NCBI GenBank assembly: GCA_003707115.1
Contig: PPNB01000008.1
Span: forward strand, 124,001-188,000
Origin: Tortispora ganteri
Lineage: Eukaryota
Direction: 5' to 3'
DNA: 64,000 nt
The translations under genes and the position numbers were made by a program. Within the stretch, counting starts at the first letter, position 1, and each line of letters begins with the position of its first letter. The notes under the pieces were generated by a model. That model made no database searches and was not told the DNA's origin. It saw nothing but the letters and a program-made list of their open reading frames with translations. Shown here in pieces: positions 23,516 through 33,451 of this stretch.

Positions 23516-24469
23516 TTAGTCTCTAATGACCCAGTGTCCATGATCTACAGGAGGCTCATACCTGATGGTCTGACTGCTGTAAGAAACTGAAGGTATGTCC
23601 GTCTTTTGAGCCTCGTAGTCCACTTGTGCAGCGGAAGTGGGCGCCCGGCCATCAAAAGATGAGAACCCCCATCTTATGCCAAACCTACGCGGAGGGTATG
23701 CTTTGCCGCCATATTGGACATCCCTAGGGTCAGGGAAGTACTGACGGTAGCCGACAATGGCAGTGAAGAAGCCGATGAGGCTACCACATATTGCATCAAA
23801 GGGGTGATGTCGTCCATCAGACACCCTAGAAGCCGCAATCAACGCTGCACCTAGTAGCGGCGCCCAGCACAAAAATAGTTTCCAAGTAGATCCGCGTCGA
23901 TCAAACACTCTGAACCTTCCTGCCCAGAAAAGGCTAAGGTAAGTTAAAGATCCAAAAGCCATGCTGCTATGTCCTGAGGGGAATGACCTGAACCCGTCCA
24001 GCAGGCGATCAAGGTTCGGTTGTGTGCAGATGCTCATATTAGACAGAATTCCAACTTCGACTTCGAATGTCGAGGGAATGCATCTAGCGATCAAGTCAGG
24101 TCGTGGCCGACCGACAACTATTTTTAAGCAGTTCGTAATGCCCAAAACTAGAGAGTATGTGAGCGCAAAGCCCAGTACCGCGCAATTGAAGTCCCATAGC
24201 CGTCTTTGCCATGAGTGTTTAAAGGCCGGAAATACCACTAGAGCCATTGCGGCGATTGGAACAGGGATCGTATATATCAAAAGTTCAGTAAGATTAACTT
24301 GTTCGCGTTCAGTGAATGAATGCTGCAAGTAGATATTCTCTAATGAGAATTCCTGCGCTTTAGGCGTAAAATCACCTACAACCACAAAGAATGCAGCAAG
24401 TCCTAAGGCTAGGACATAGTCAATTACGTACGACAAGAAAGTGGCTGCTTTGGAATCGACACCGAGCAT
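23516..24469 (-). CDS. PAP2-family lipid phosphate / DGPP phosphatase (Dpp1/Lpp1-like)
   Basis: K-x6-RP, SFPSGHSS, SRVSDGRHH catalytic motifs; multiple TM segments. Confidence 0.9.
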   Translation of the reverse strand: MLGVDSKAATFLSYVIDYVLALGLAAFFVVVGDFTPKAQEFSLENIYLQHSFTEREQVNLTELLIYTIPVPIAAMALVVFPAFKHSWQRRLWDFNCAVLGFALTYSLVLGITNCLKIVVGRPRPDLIARCIPSTFEVEVGILSNMSICTQPNLDRLLDGFRSFPSGHSSMAFGSLTYLSLFWAGRFRVFDRRGSTWKLFLCWAPLLGAALIAASRVSDGRHHPFDAICGSLIGFFTAIVGYRQYFPDPRDVQYGGKAYPPRRFGIRWGFSSFDGRAPTSAAQVDYEAQKTDIPSVSYSSQTIRYEPPVDHGHWVIRD

Positions 24470-24811
24470 CGCACGTAGAATAACGAAAACAAAGAGGAGT
24501 ACGTGACGACAAGAGCTATAAAAGACGCCCTGAAATGCACAATGAAGGTTAAACTATACAATAAAGGTTTCTTCACAAGTGTAAGAGGGTGGCGAGAGTA
24601 CAAAGAAGAATAGGAAAGGTGGTAAATCAGGGTAGGTCTGTTGTGTGCTTTATATGTAGGAAGGGTCGCGTGGGTGCGATGTGCGTAAAGTGGCTGAGGC
24701 GGTATTTTTATCCCAACTGAGCACCAATGGTAGGACCCTTTCAACAGCGCTTAAGCCAAGAACCAATAACTTGACGATTGCGATTAAATAAAAATGACAA
24801 CTGAGCTCAAA

Positions 24812-27058
24812 TTATATTGATGACAGACTGTTATAAAATTGCAGTACTTCCGGGTGAGCAGTGACCTTTCTGAAATCAAAATTCTTGATTTCCAGTGTCT
24901 CACGCGAAGTGGCTCGGGACAAGGCTACATAGGCCTGGCCATTCTCGAATACACTTCCAAGATCCACAGTTACTCTCTGCAATGTCTGCCCTTGAGACTT
25001 GTGAATAGACAGTGCATATGCTGGTATTAGTGGTATTTGCTTTCTCGTCGCATACGGCACTCCAGGTGGATTCTCCAAAGTCCAGGTCTCCTGTTTCACG
25101 AGGACCTCATGACTCTGTCCATCTGCTAATTTGAATCGAACTAGCGGGTATTTCTTTCCTTTAGTTGCCGCACCAGCGGCCTTCTTATAGAGCTCTTTCA
25201 TCCTTACTAATCGTTGGTCCCAAAACAAATTGTTGATATCACTATTGTTCGAGTCATTCTTAGCTTCTTCGAAAACAGAATCAGCGGTAGATATTTCTTC
25301 AGTAAACTCAACTAATTCGTTATCATCAGCTTGCTCGCTTTCTATCGTTATGGATTCCTCGGCAAAAACATCAGTCTCGTATTCCTTGAGACTATCGATG
25401 AACCGACTTTCAGATTCTGACTCTTCTATCAGCTTGAACACTTTATCCCAGTGCACGCCGCGCACAGAGCCCTGTTGAATACGAATCATCTCCGTCCATA
25501 AGTCTTCCGAATAGAATCCAACTATCTTGCCTAAACTTCCATTAACAAGAGTAGGCGATAAGTTCTTGATAAGCATAACCTGGCAGTGCTTCTTTAATGC
25601 TAGTTCTTCATGAGCCATGCATGATCCATTGAGCATCCGCTTCTGATCGTCCGCTGCAAGGTTGTTGAGAAATATATCATGAGAGCGGAATAGAACGTAA
25701 GCATCAGGTAAATTCTCCATCTCTTTTCTATTGGCTTTGTCAACTTCGTCCCTTCTGGAAAACAACCGCGTAGGCGTAAGACCATCGTCATAATGCACAG
25801 AACGTTCCAACTCTTTAAACTTTTGGATGGTAGAGTCGGACATGCGTCCAGTTCGCATTTGGTTCAGCATTTTGACAAACTCTCCGTCACGCTGTCGAAA
25901 GACTTGCTTTAGGCCGATTGTATGGTCTATAATTTCACTCCAGCATTGCGCTTTGAATGAGAACACAGCATTACGTTCTTTCACAACAGGAGGAAGTTGG
26001 AAGAAATCGCCAGTAAAAACTACTTGTATTCCGCCGAACGGAGACGAATTTCTGCGTATTTCTTTGGCGACTTTATTAAGTTTATCAAGGAGTGTACCAT
26101 CAATCATTGAAATTTCATCAATGATGAGAACCTCACAGGCTAGCCATCTCTGTTTCGCTTGTCTGCTTTGTTTTATTTTTTTGAGTAGCTGTTTCGTATC
26201 ACCATTGCCAAGACCGATACCAGCAAAACGATGCAATGTGGTTCCTTGAATGTTACAGGCGGCCATTCCAGTCGATGCCGTAATAGCTAAAGCTTCATCG
26301 TCCAATATTCGGCGAAACTCTGCTATAATTTGCTGTAACAACACCGATTTACCCGTACCTGCAGAACCAGTAAAAAAAACATTTTTGCGTTTATTTACAA
26401 CTAGATCCAGAACATGTTTTTGTTCTTCAGACAACGTGATTCTATCTCCGGTTGAACCAACCGATAACACAGACGATTCACCAACCGTGTCTCCAAAGAC
26501 GGAAGGTTTTTCGACTGCTAACTGTTCATCAGGTGGAGCAGGGTCAGACGTAACTTGCGTTGACTGTGTTGGCACATCAACAATTTGCTGCTGGGCAGGC
26601 GCAGGCGTAGGAGGGAAGAATGATCCTTTCTGTAGACTATAAGAGCTTCTTACAGACTTATCAGCAGTAATTACGCGCTTTGTTGCAGCAGCTGAACGAG
26701 AAGTCGAATAGTACGATGATTGGCGCTTGACGGGCAGCTCTTCTTCCTGCGAGACAAAGAGACTTGATTGAACTGGAGCATTCTGAATTTGAGGCGGCAC
26801 TTTTTTAATATACTTTAAAGAGTCATCATTGTCCCAGTCAAATGAAAAATCGTCATCAAGCATGGAATCTAGTTGTTGTTGGATCTGCTGGCGACCAGTC
26901 GCCGCCGTCTGGAACGAAGACGTGCGGGTGATCAAGTTGAGTGTTGAAGGGTTCGAGCTAGCTAACGGCTTCTGCGAAGAAGACTGGGGCTTAAAAAATG
27001 AATTTCTATGAGCTGACATTGTGCGACGTAATATAACTGCTCGAGGCCAGATGGTCAT
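24812..27058 (-). CDS. PIF1: Pif1-family 5'-3' DNA helicase
   Basis: FFTGSAGTGKS, IIDEISM, FGGIQVVFTGDFFQLPPV, SIHKSQGQTL, GQAYVALSRA; ATGs at 27058 and 27019. Confidence 0.92.
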   Translation of the reverse strand: MTIWPRAVILRRTMSAHRNSFFKPQSSSQKPLASSNPSTLNLITRTSSFQTAATGRQQIQQQLDSMLDDDFSFDWDNDDSLKYIKKVPPQIQNAPVQSSLFVSQEEELPVKRQSSYYSTSRSAAATKRVITADKSVRSSYSLQKGSFFPPTPAPAQQQIVDVPTQSTQVTSDPAPPDEQLAVEKPSVFGDTVGESSVLSVGSTGDRITLSEEQKHVLDLVVNKRKNVFFTGSAGTGKSVLLQQIIAEFRRILDDEALAITASTGMAACNIQGTTLHRFAGIGLGNGDTKQLLKKIKQSRQAKQRWLACEVLIIDEISMIDGTLLDKLNKVAKEIRRNSSPFGGIQVVFTGDFFQLPPVVKERNAVFSFKAQCWSEIIDHTIGLKQVFRQRDGEFVKMLNQMRTGRMSDSTIQKFKELERSVHYDDGLTPTRLFSRRDEVDKANRKEMENLPDAYVLFRSHDIFLNNLAADDQKRMLNGSCMAHEELALKKHCQVMLIKNLSPTLVNGSLGKIVGFYSEDLWTEMIRIQQGSVRGVHWDKVFKLIEESESESRFIDSLKEYETDVFAEESITIESEQADDNELVEFTEEISTADSVFEEAKNDSNNSDINNLFWDQRLVRMKELYKKAAGAATKGKKYPLVRFKLADGQSHEVLVKQETWTLENPPGVPYATRKQIPLIPAYALSIHKSQGQTLQRVTVDLGSVFENGQAYVALSRATSRETLEIKNFDFRKVTAHPEVLQFYNSLSSI

Positions 27059-27155
27059 GAGAGGGTGCAAAACAACTTGAGATGCACTATGCGAGCGAGC
27101 GTTTTAGCAGACAGACTCTGAGTGTAAGTAATATTCATACACAAATAATTCTATC

Positions 27156-27161
27156 ACGCGT
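27156..27161. promoter_or_regulatory. MCB element ACGCGT upstream of PIF1
   Basis: Exact MluI cell-cycle box about 100 nt upstream of a DNA replication/repair gene. Confidence 0.45.
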
Positions 27162-27276
27162 GTTACTATAGCAACAATGGCTTAAAAGTAATTACCAATT
27201 TTTATGAACTTTCTTTCAGAGTTTTGCTCACTACCATTTAATTATTAACTAGTGCTGGACGCCTACGAGGACGAAA

Positions 27277-28089
27277 ATGTTGTACCGTAAAGAGGTTGAA
27301 TGTTTGTCCAAGCGGTTTAGTCGTAGCATGAGTTTGCTGAACCAACTGAGCGACAACAAAGGTGCACAGAAAGTGCGAACTGTCAAAGGACGAGGACCTG
27401 GAGGCAGCAAAGGTGGTACGGCCGGACGAGGCCAGAAGGGCCAAAAGGCGCGGGAAAGCATACCCAACTGGTTTGAAGGTGGTCAGACGCCTATTACAAA
27501 GATATTTCCTAAACGCGGATTTAAAAATGTAGTATCTAAGCGCAAGTATGTTCCTGTAAACCTCGGAGATATTCAGGCTCGAATCGATGACGGCAGACTT
27601 GACAGCACGAAACCGATTACTATTAAAGAGCTGTACGATTGTGGACTGGCACGGATAACAGGAAGTGGCAAAAAGAATGGAATTAAGATCTTGTCGAGAG
27701 GTGCAGGAGCACTCAAGCAGCCAGTTGAGATTGTTGCATCTTCTGCGTCTTTTGGAGCAATTGAACACATCGAGAAAGCTGGGGGAAAGTTTGAAGCTCG
27801 ATACTTTAACGGCCTTGCATTGAGGTACTTGACGAAACCGGAGAAATTTGAGCACCCTATCAAACTTGCGGAGCCGACGAGCCGACGTGACATAGAATAC
27901 TATTCAGATGAGAGACGCAATGGGTATATTGCCGGTAAGGAGCGGCCGTCTTTTGAGCAATACTACAACTTTAAGAGTAAAGTGAAATACACGGATACAA
28001 AGAGTATCGAGGAGGAGTTTGTTGATTCGGAAGGCCGCAAAGCTTTCGAAAACAATCGCACTGTTTCTTTTGCAGAGTTTACACAGTAG
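27277..28089 (+). CDS. MRPL10: Mitochondrial ribosomal protein uL15m
   Basis: GRGPGGSKGGTAGRGQKGQKAR, FEGGQTP, EPTSRRDIEYY. Confidence 0.92.
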   Translation: MLYRKEVECLSKRFSRSMSLLNQLSDNKGAQKVRTVKGRGPGGSKGGTAGRGQKGQKARESIPNWFEGGQTPITKIFPKRGFKNVVSKRKYVPVNLGDIQARIDDGRLDSTKPITIKELYDCGLARITGSGKKNGIKILSRGAGALKQPVEIVASSASFGAIEHIEKAGGKFEARYFNGLALRYLTKPEKFEHPIKLAEPTSRRDIEYYSDERRNGYIAGKERPSFEQYYNFKSKVKYTDTKSIEEEFVDSEGRKAFENNRTVSFAEFTQ

Positions 28090-28270
28090 CTTCTGAAAGA
28101 CTAAGCAAACTGCAGATTATGCGTTTATGACTACAGAAATGCTGTGTATTTGCACATTGTCATTATCATTAGTTAACAGCATGTATATACGACTTCTATT
28201 GAGTAGTTCTAGCCTCATAGATTGACTGTATGTGCAATTCGCAGGTGTAGAACTTAACTGCAACCTTAAC

Positions 28271-29260
28271 ATGACGAGTATAAGAATCGGAACCAGGACG
28301 AGCCAACTCGCAATGGTGCAGGCCGAGTATGTAAAAAGCGAGCTTGAACGGTGTTATAATGAAGATAAATTTGATATTCATTCTATGAAAACTCTTGGAG
28401 ACAATGTACTGGACAAACCATTGTACACATTTGGTGGTAAATCACTGTGGACGTCTGAGCTGGAAGCGGTATTATTAGATTCGAATATCGACATGATCGT
28501 ACATTCGCTGAAAGACGTTCCGACTACTTTACCTGAAGAATTTGAGATCGCAGCTATTTTAAAACGCGAGGATCCACGAGATGCGCTAGTTATGAAAACT
28601 GGTAGTCCTTACAAGTCATTAAAGGATCTGCCAAAAGGTGCGGTAGTTGGAACTTCTTCTCTCCGGCGAATTGCTCAATTAAAACGAGCGTACCCACATC
28701 TCCAGTTTATGAGTGCTCGTGGAAATTTAAATACAAGACTGGCAAAACTCGATAATCCTGCTAGCGAATACTCATGTCTCATTCTGGCTGCTGCTGGACT
28801 CATCAGGCTGGGGTTCAAGGAAAGAATTACCATGTATCTGGAAAGTCCCGACCTGCTCTATGCAGTCGGTCAGGGAGCACTCGGCATTGAAATCAGAAAG
28901 AACGATAAACACATTTTGAAGCTGCTGGAACCGCTCGTAGATATACCAACAACATATGAATGTATTGCCGAACGGAGTCTGATGCGTACTCTTGAAGGAG
29001 GGTGCTCTATACCTATTGGTGTGAACTGCAGCTACAACAATGGGATACTTACGATGAAATCCACTATCACGAGCGTTAACGGTGACGAACAGGTTGCTGA
29101 CGAGATTATTGAAGAGGTTAATGACAAAGAAAAAGCTGCCGAAATCGGTAATTTGATGGCTGAACGGCTCAAACTAAAAGGCGCACAAGTGATACTTGAC
29201 GAAATCAATAAAGAACTTGCAGCTGCATCTTCTAGAGGTGCTAAAGAAAGAATCGAGTAG
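28271..29260 (+). CDS. HEM3: Porphobilinogen deaminase
   Basis: IRIGTRTSQLA, VHSLKDVP, GTSSLRR, RGNLNTRL, LEGGCSIP; ATG at 28271. Confidence 0.96.
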   Translation: MTSIRIGTRTSQLAMVQAEYVKSELERCYNEDKFDIHSMKTLGDNVLDKPLYTFGGKSLWTSELEAVLLDSNIDMIVHSLKDVPTTLPEEFEIAAILKREDPRDALVMKTGSPYKSLKDLPKGAVVGTSSLRRIAQLKRAYPHLQFMSARGNLNTRLAKLDNPASEYSCLILAAAGLIRLGFKERITMYLESPDLLYAVGQGALGIEIRKNDKHILKLLEPLVDIPTTYECIAERSLMRTLEGGCSIPIGVNCSYNNGILTMKSTITSVNGDEQVADEIIEEVNDKEKAAEIGNLMAERLKLKGAQVILDEINKELAAASSRGAKERIE

Positions 29261-29371
29261 CAAAAAGAGATAGAATCAAATAGCTGACTAATGTCACTAT
29301 ATCTCATTAGACAGCCTTAGCTGTTCGCATCAATCACATATTAAATTTATTACTGCTGAGAAATTCCCGCA

Positions 29372-30175
29372 CTAAGCATCCACTTCCATAACATCAGATC
29401 GTGTTACGGCTTCTTCGACTACTTCAAACACAGGTTTTGTTTTCTTCTGCAGAACTCCAGTAGTGCCACGCGGAAATATGTAGCTTCTCTCCTTTTGAGC
29501 ACGCACATTGGGTGTGCGATAATTACGATGTAGACATGCAGGCTTGTCGATTTCCATCACGCACAAATCGACATTTGATCCAGAACCCAAATCGTTCCAG
29601 ATACCGGCTTCAATAGCTTGCGTACATAAATCCATGGCTTCTTCCTTGGTCAGTTGTGATTTCCAGTTAGACTCTAAGACGGCCATTGCTGCTAGCGAAC
29701 CGGAGCCCAAGCTTAAATACGGGCCAACATCTGTAGATCCGTGCGCTTGGACTGAGAATAAATGAGCGCCGAGCGCATCAACACCAGCAACAATTAAATA
29801 TGCGCCTAAATGACCTTGGTATTTGAAAAGATGCTGCTTTAGCAGGGTTAGGCATGCTTGCACTCTCGGTGGACGATTGTTGTAGAGGCTTTGGAGTTCT
29901 AGCGTTGAAGAAATAAGCTGAGTGACAAACTCACAATCAGCAGCAGTTCCAGCACCAGCACACCAAATCTTAGGACTCATTCTATGTAATTTCTCGCAGT
30001 TCTTGTCTGCAACTATTGGTCCGGCTGTTGCGCGAGTATCGGCGGCAATCACGACGCCGCCATCGAACTTGCATCCGACAATAGTGGTTCCTGTAGCCGT
30101 CGCAGTTGGCAATTTAACGCCACTGTCTTCAAGAGCTTTATTCCTTAGATAATTGTCAAAACTAAGACCAGGCAT
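29372..30175 (-). CDS. PUP1: 20S proteasome beta2 subunit
   Basis: Propeptide MPGLSFDNYLRN, catalytic G|TTIVG, AGIWNDLGSGSNVD. Confidence 0.95.
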   Translation of the reverse strand: MPGLSFDNYLRNKALEDSGVKLPTATATGTTIVGCKFDGGVVIAADTRATAGPIVADKNCEKLHRMSPKIWCAGAGTAADCEFVTQLISSTLELQSLYNNRPPRVQACLTLLKQHLFKYQGHLGAYLIVAGVDALGAHLFSVQAHGSTDVGPYLSLGSGSLAAMAVLESNWKSQLTKEEAMDLCTQAIEAGIWNDLGSGSNVDLCVMEIDKPACLHRNYRTPNVRAQKERSYIFPRGTTGVLQKKTKPVFEVVEEAVTRSDVMEVDA

Positions 30176-30239
30176 TTAAAAGATAACGGTGTTAAAGGGC
30201 AATATATAGAAAGCTGCTGTCCCTGTCTATGTAGTCCTA

Positions 30240-30248
30240 GGTGACAAA
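30240..30248. promoter_or_regulatory. Rpn4/PACE-like site GGTGACAAA upstream of PUP1
   Basis: One mismatch to GGTGGCAAA, 65 nt upstream of a proteasome subunit gene. Confidence 0.45.
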
Positions 30249-30367
30249 GCTGGCGTATACAATGGACCTTCCCTTGACAACCAGCAACACCAGACTCCGA
30301 ACACCACCGACAAAAAAGCTGATACTATTGGCATATTTTCTGTTAATACGACTACATTAAATGAATA

Positions 30368-30733
30368 ATGGCTATACAGCTACTAGGAAAGACATTTCGT
30401 GGCCATCAGCCGATTAGACTTGCTATGGCAAAGAAGATATACGGGCTAGGCCTCAAGAACGCTACGAAAATCTGTTCGAAACTAGGAATCTATCCATTCA
30501 TGAGATTTCACCAACTGAACGAAAGCCATGTATTGGCGCTGACTAAAGAGTTAAACCAGTATACTATTGAAGATGATGCGAAACGCCAACTTAGAGAAAA
30601 TATTGCCGTGAAAAGGTCTACTGGATCCTACGTCGGCAGAAGACATGCTATGGGTCTGCCGGTTCGTGGGCAGAACACGAGAAACAACTCTATGACGGCA
30701 AGAAAGCTAAATAGAGTTGATAGAAGAGGTTAA
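30368..30733 (+). CDS. SWS2: Mitochondrial ribosomal protein uS13m
   Basis: GSYVGRRHAMGLPVRGQNTRNN uS13 motif. Confidence 0.92.
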   Translation: MAIQLLGKTFRGHQPIRLAMAKKIYGLGLKNATKICSKLGIYPFMRFHQLNESHVLALTKELNQYTIEDDAKRQLRENIAVKRSTGSYVGRRHAMGLPVRGQNTRNNSMTARKLNRVDRRG

Positions 30734-31039
30734 TGAATGTTATTTTATGTTAATAAAATCTGTTAAGATATAGTGTCCTGAAATCTAATGCGCTAAGCTC
30801 TAGCGAGCTAAGGTCGAATCATAATTGTAGCAACATCAATGTTTACAGACAGCTATATCCGTAACAAGGTGTATACGCAATTCTCAAAGCTTTATGAAAC
30901 ACAACTAGATCAAAAATCTTAAAAAATAATAACGCTGATTCTATTATTAAATGCAGAAGTCATCTGAAGATTGTTGTATTCATCCATTAGTGTGGCATTA
31001 TGAACATGTAATAAATTTCCAGTGTATCAATGACAATAC

Positions 31040-31282
31040 TCATACATAAACAACCATAATATACTCCCCGACCGCCTTAACTAGAACTTCTTTATCACCA
31101 ATATCACCACCAACTTCTGTCTTTCCATCAATCAATTTCAATATGTTCACGATATCGACCTCGTCTGCGCTGCCCTTGACAACTATCGGAAGCTCTGTAT
31201 TCTTCGATAAAAGCATCACACCGTTTACACCATCTTCCATTAGAATCTCCTTCGCCCATCGGTCCAACAACTGTTCTTCCAT
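31040..31282 (-). CDS. Small Roadblock-like protein, LAMTOR5/Ego2-like
   Basis: 80-aa ATG-initiated ORF; helix-GVxGVxL-strand pattern ending in a hydrophobic strand, resembling LAMTOR5. Confidence 0.5.
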   Translation of the reverse strand: MEEQLLDRWAKEILMEDGVNGVMLLSKNTELPIVVKGSADEVDIVNILKLIDGKTEVGGDIGDKEVLVKAVGEYIMVVYV

Positions 31283-31612
31283 GTCGAGGCGTCGAAGGAA
31301 ACGATGTTACCAATGTTACTACCCTTTAAACACAAAGGGTAAGGCCGACCAATAAGGTTTGACAGTTACTGTGATGTCTCGAATGGCGGCGATAGCTCAT
31401 TTACAGGCAATAAAGAGTAGTAAAGGCGTAAAATTAATTGGCAAAGAGTAAAAAGCAATTTGTTCAATTAGTCACTGTTTATTAGGCAAATGGCAAAATG
31501 CAGGGTGGACCAACCGCAGCTGGACTGATCTGGGTCGATACACACTTCCTTACAATCCAACCACACCACACCCCTTGTTACCCAACCCACCTTTTGACAT
31601 CTGCCAATCTAC

Positions 31613-32245
31613 ATGATCATCTTATACGCCTTGTCCTTGGTAGGCATAATAGTAGGCTTTGTTGCACTTACGCTTTCAATTGCATCAGGCCTGTACTACT
31701 TGTCCGAACTCGTAGAAGAACACACTACGTTCACCAAAAGATGGATAGACAGAGCAATCCTCGTGACTATCGCTGTACATGTCGCACTCGTGCTCTTCGA
31801 CAAGTTCCCCTTCTGGCTTAGCATAGTTTCTATTGTTACGCAACTTATTTACAGGCAAAACCTTGTCACGTTCCCTTATATCCAGCTTACCAGCCCGACA
31901 TTCATCCTTTCGTGCTCCCTCATGTTACTGAACCATTACCTGTGGTTCTCACACTTCACCAATCTCTCGGATCAGGCAAAGTATCTGTATGACCCATACT
32001 CTCAGATTAATCTTCCGAGCTTTTCGCAGATATCCTCTTTCTTTGGACTCGTCATTTGGCTCGTACCTTTCTCTCTATTCATATCGCTCACTGCCGGCGA
32101 AAACGTTCTCCCGGCAGCCAGCGACGGCTCTGCGGTTGGCGAGTCTAAAGCACATCGTTCTACGCTCATCAAAGTCATAATTGATCGTCTTAAAGACTAC
32201 TTTCAATTCATTACCGGTAACAGAGACCGTCGCGGTATCCTATGA
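31613..32245 (+). CDS. SVP26: Svp26/TEX261 ER-Golgi cargo adaptor
   Basis: LTLSIASGLYYLSELVEEHT, NHYLWFSHF, FISLTAGENVLP. Confidence 0.92.
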   Translation: MIILYALSLVGIIVGFVALTLSIASGLYYLSELVEEHTTFTKRWIDRAILVTIAVHVALVLFDKFPFWLSIVSIVTQLIYRQNLVTFPYIQLTSPTFILSCSLMLLNHYLWFSHFTNLSDQAKYLYDPYSQINLPSFSQISSFFGLVIWLVPFSLFISLTAGENVLPAASDGSAVGESKAHRSTLIKVIIDRLKDYFQFITGNRDRRGIL

Positions 32246-32520
32246 CCTATCCTATATTCTTCGCGCTTTTGCGCTCTCCTTCCACACTCAATGGTAGCGC
32301 CGCTCGCTTACACAGCATTTGTTATTTAATTCACTTCTTAAAATTTTTCTTTTCATCTTTTATGCTACAATTTGCCACCCTGAATAATGCTGTTGCTGGT
32401 TACTGCAGCCTGCTGCATCGCTCGCCTCTGGCACCCGGTCTCGTTCCTGACGTGTTTTGCTGCATCATTTTTCCTCCCACCACCACCTTTCTACCTTTAC
32501 AACCTGCAAGAAAAGAAATA

Positions 32521-33309
32521 ATGTCGCGGCCCGAACAAGAAGCGCCTCCAGAAATTTTTTATAATGACTCAGAAGCCTCAAAATATACAGGATCTTCTCG
32601 AATACAGCGTATTCAAGCTGAAATGACCCTCAGAGCCCTCGATCTCCTCTCGCTGCCGCCATCTTCATACATCCTCGATATCGGCTGCGGCTCTGGCTTG
32701 TCCGGCGAGATTTTGTCAGAAGAGGGCCACTATTGGGTAGGCATGGATATAGCTCCCTCTATGCTTCAAATTGCTCTAGAGAGAGACGTAGATGGCGATA
32801 TCTTGCTTAGTGATATGGGCCAGGGCGTGCCGTTTCGTCCTGGCTCATTTGATGCAGCCATAAGTATATCGGCGATCCAATGGCTTTGCAACGTCGACTC
32901 ATCGGAACACGACCCGAAATACCGTCTCTCTAAATTTTTCCAGACACTTTTTTCATCCTTAAAGCGTGGTGGGCGTGCTGTCTTTCAGTTTTATCCTGCC
33001 AACGACACGCAACGTGACACCATCTTGCATGCCGCGAAAGTAGCCGGATTCACGGGAGGACTTGTCGTTGACGATCCCGAAAGCAAAAAGAACAAGAAGT
33101 ACTATATGGTCCTTGTTGCTGGTGGATCCCCTGGCGATATAAACCTTGATGGCGTGGCTATGGACAACACTATGAAACCGAAATCAAAAAAATCAACTGA
33201 ATCAAAGAAGCAATATATCATGAGGAAAAAGGAACTAATGAAACGAAGAGGTGAGCGCGTCGCAAAGGACAGCAAGTATACTGGTAGGAAACGAAGAATA
33301 CGATTTTAA
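32521..33309 (+). CDS. BUD23: 18S rRNA m7G methyltransferase
   Basis: MSRPEQEAPPEIFYND, LDIGCGSGLSG, SKYTGRKRRIRF; true ATG at 32521. Confidence 0.95.
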   Translation: MSRPEQEAPPEIFYNDSEASKYTGSSRIQRIQAEMTLRALDLLSLPPSSYILDIGCGSGLSGEILSEEGHYWVGMDIAPSMLQIALERDVDGDILLSDMGQGVPFRPGSFDAAISISAIQWLCNVDSSEHDPKYRLSKFFQTLFSSLKRGGRAVFQFYPANDTQRDTILHAAKVAGFTGGLVVDDPESKKNKKYYMVLVAGGSPGDINLDGVAMDNTMKPKSKKSTESKKQYIMRKKELMKRRGERVAKDSKYTGRKRRIRF

Positions 33310-33451
33310 GTCAATACGAATAAACTGTTCATAGATCTATCTGTAATCATATGAACGTGTCACCAAGTAGCGAGTAAGAGAAGAACTGCGTCTACGTTGT
33401 TTTTATCATATTCTTGCAATAAGCGTCTAGTTATTTAGTAAAATAATTTAA

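Noticed and set aside
32242..32520. Long N-terminal extensions in the ORF track (BUD23; also FMN1, EBP2, LCP5, RPL11, KRE1-like, USP)
   Set aside because: They start upstream of the family-typical Met, often at TTG/GTG, and translate promoter-like sequence
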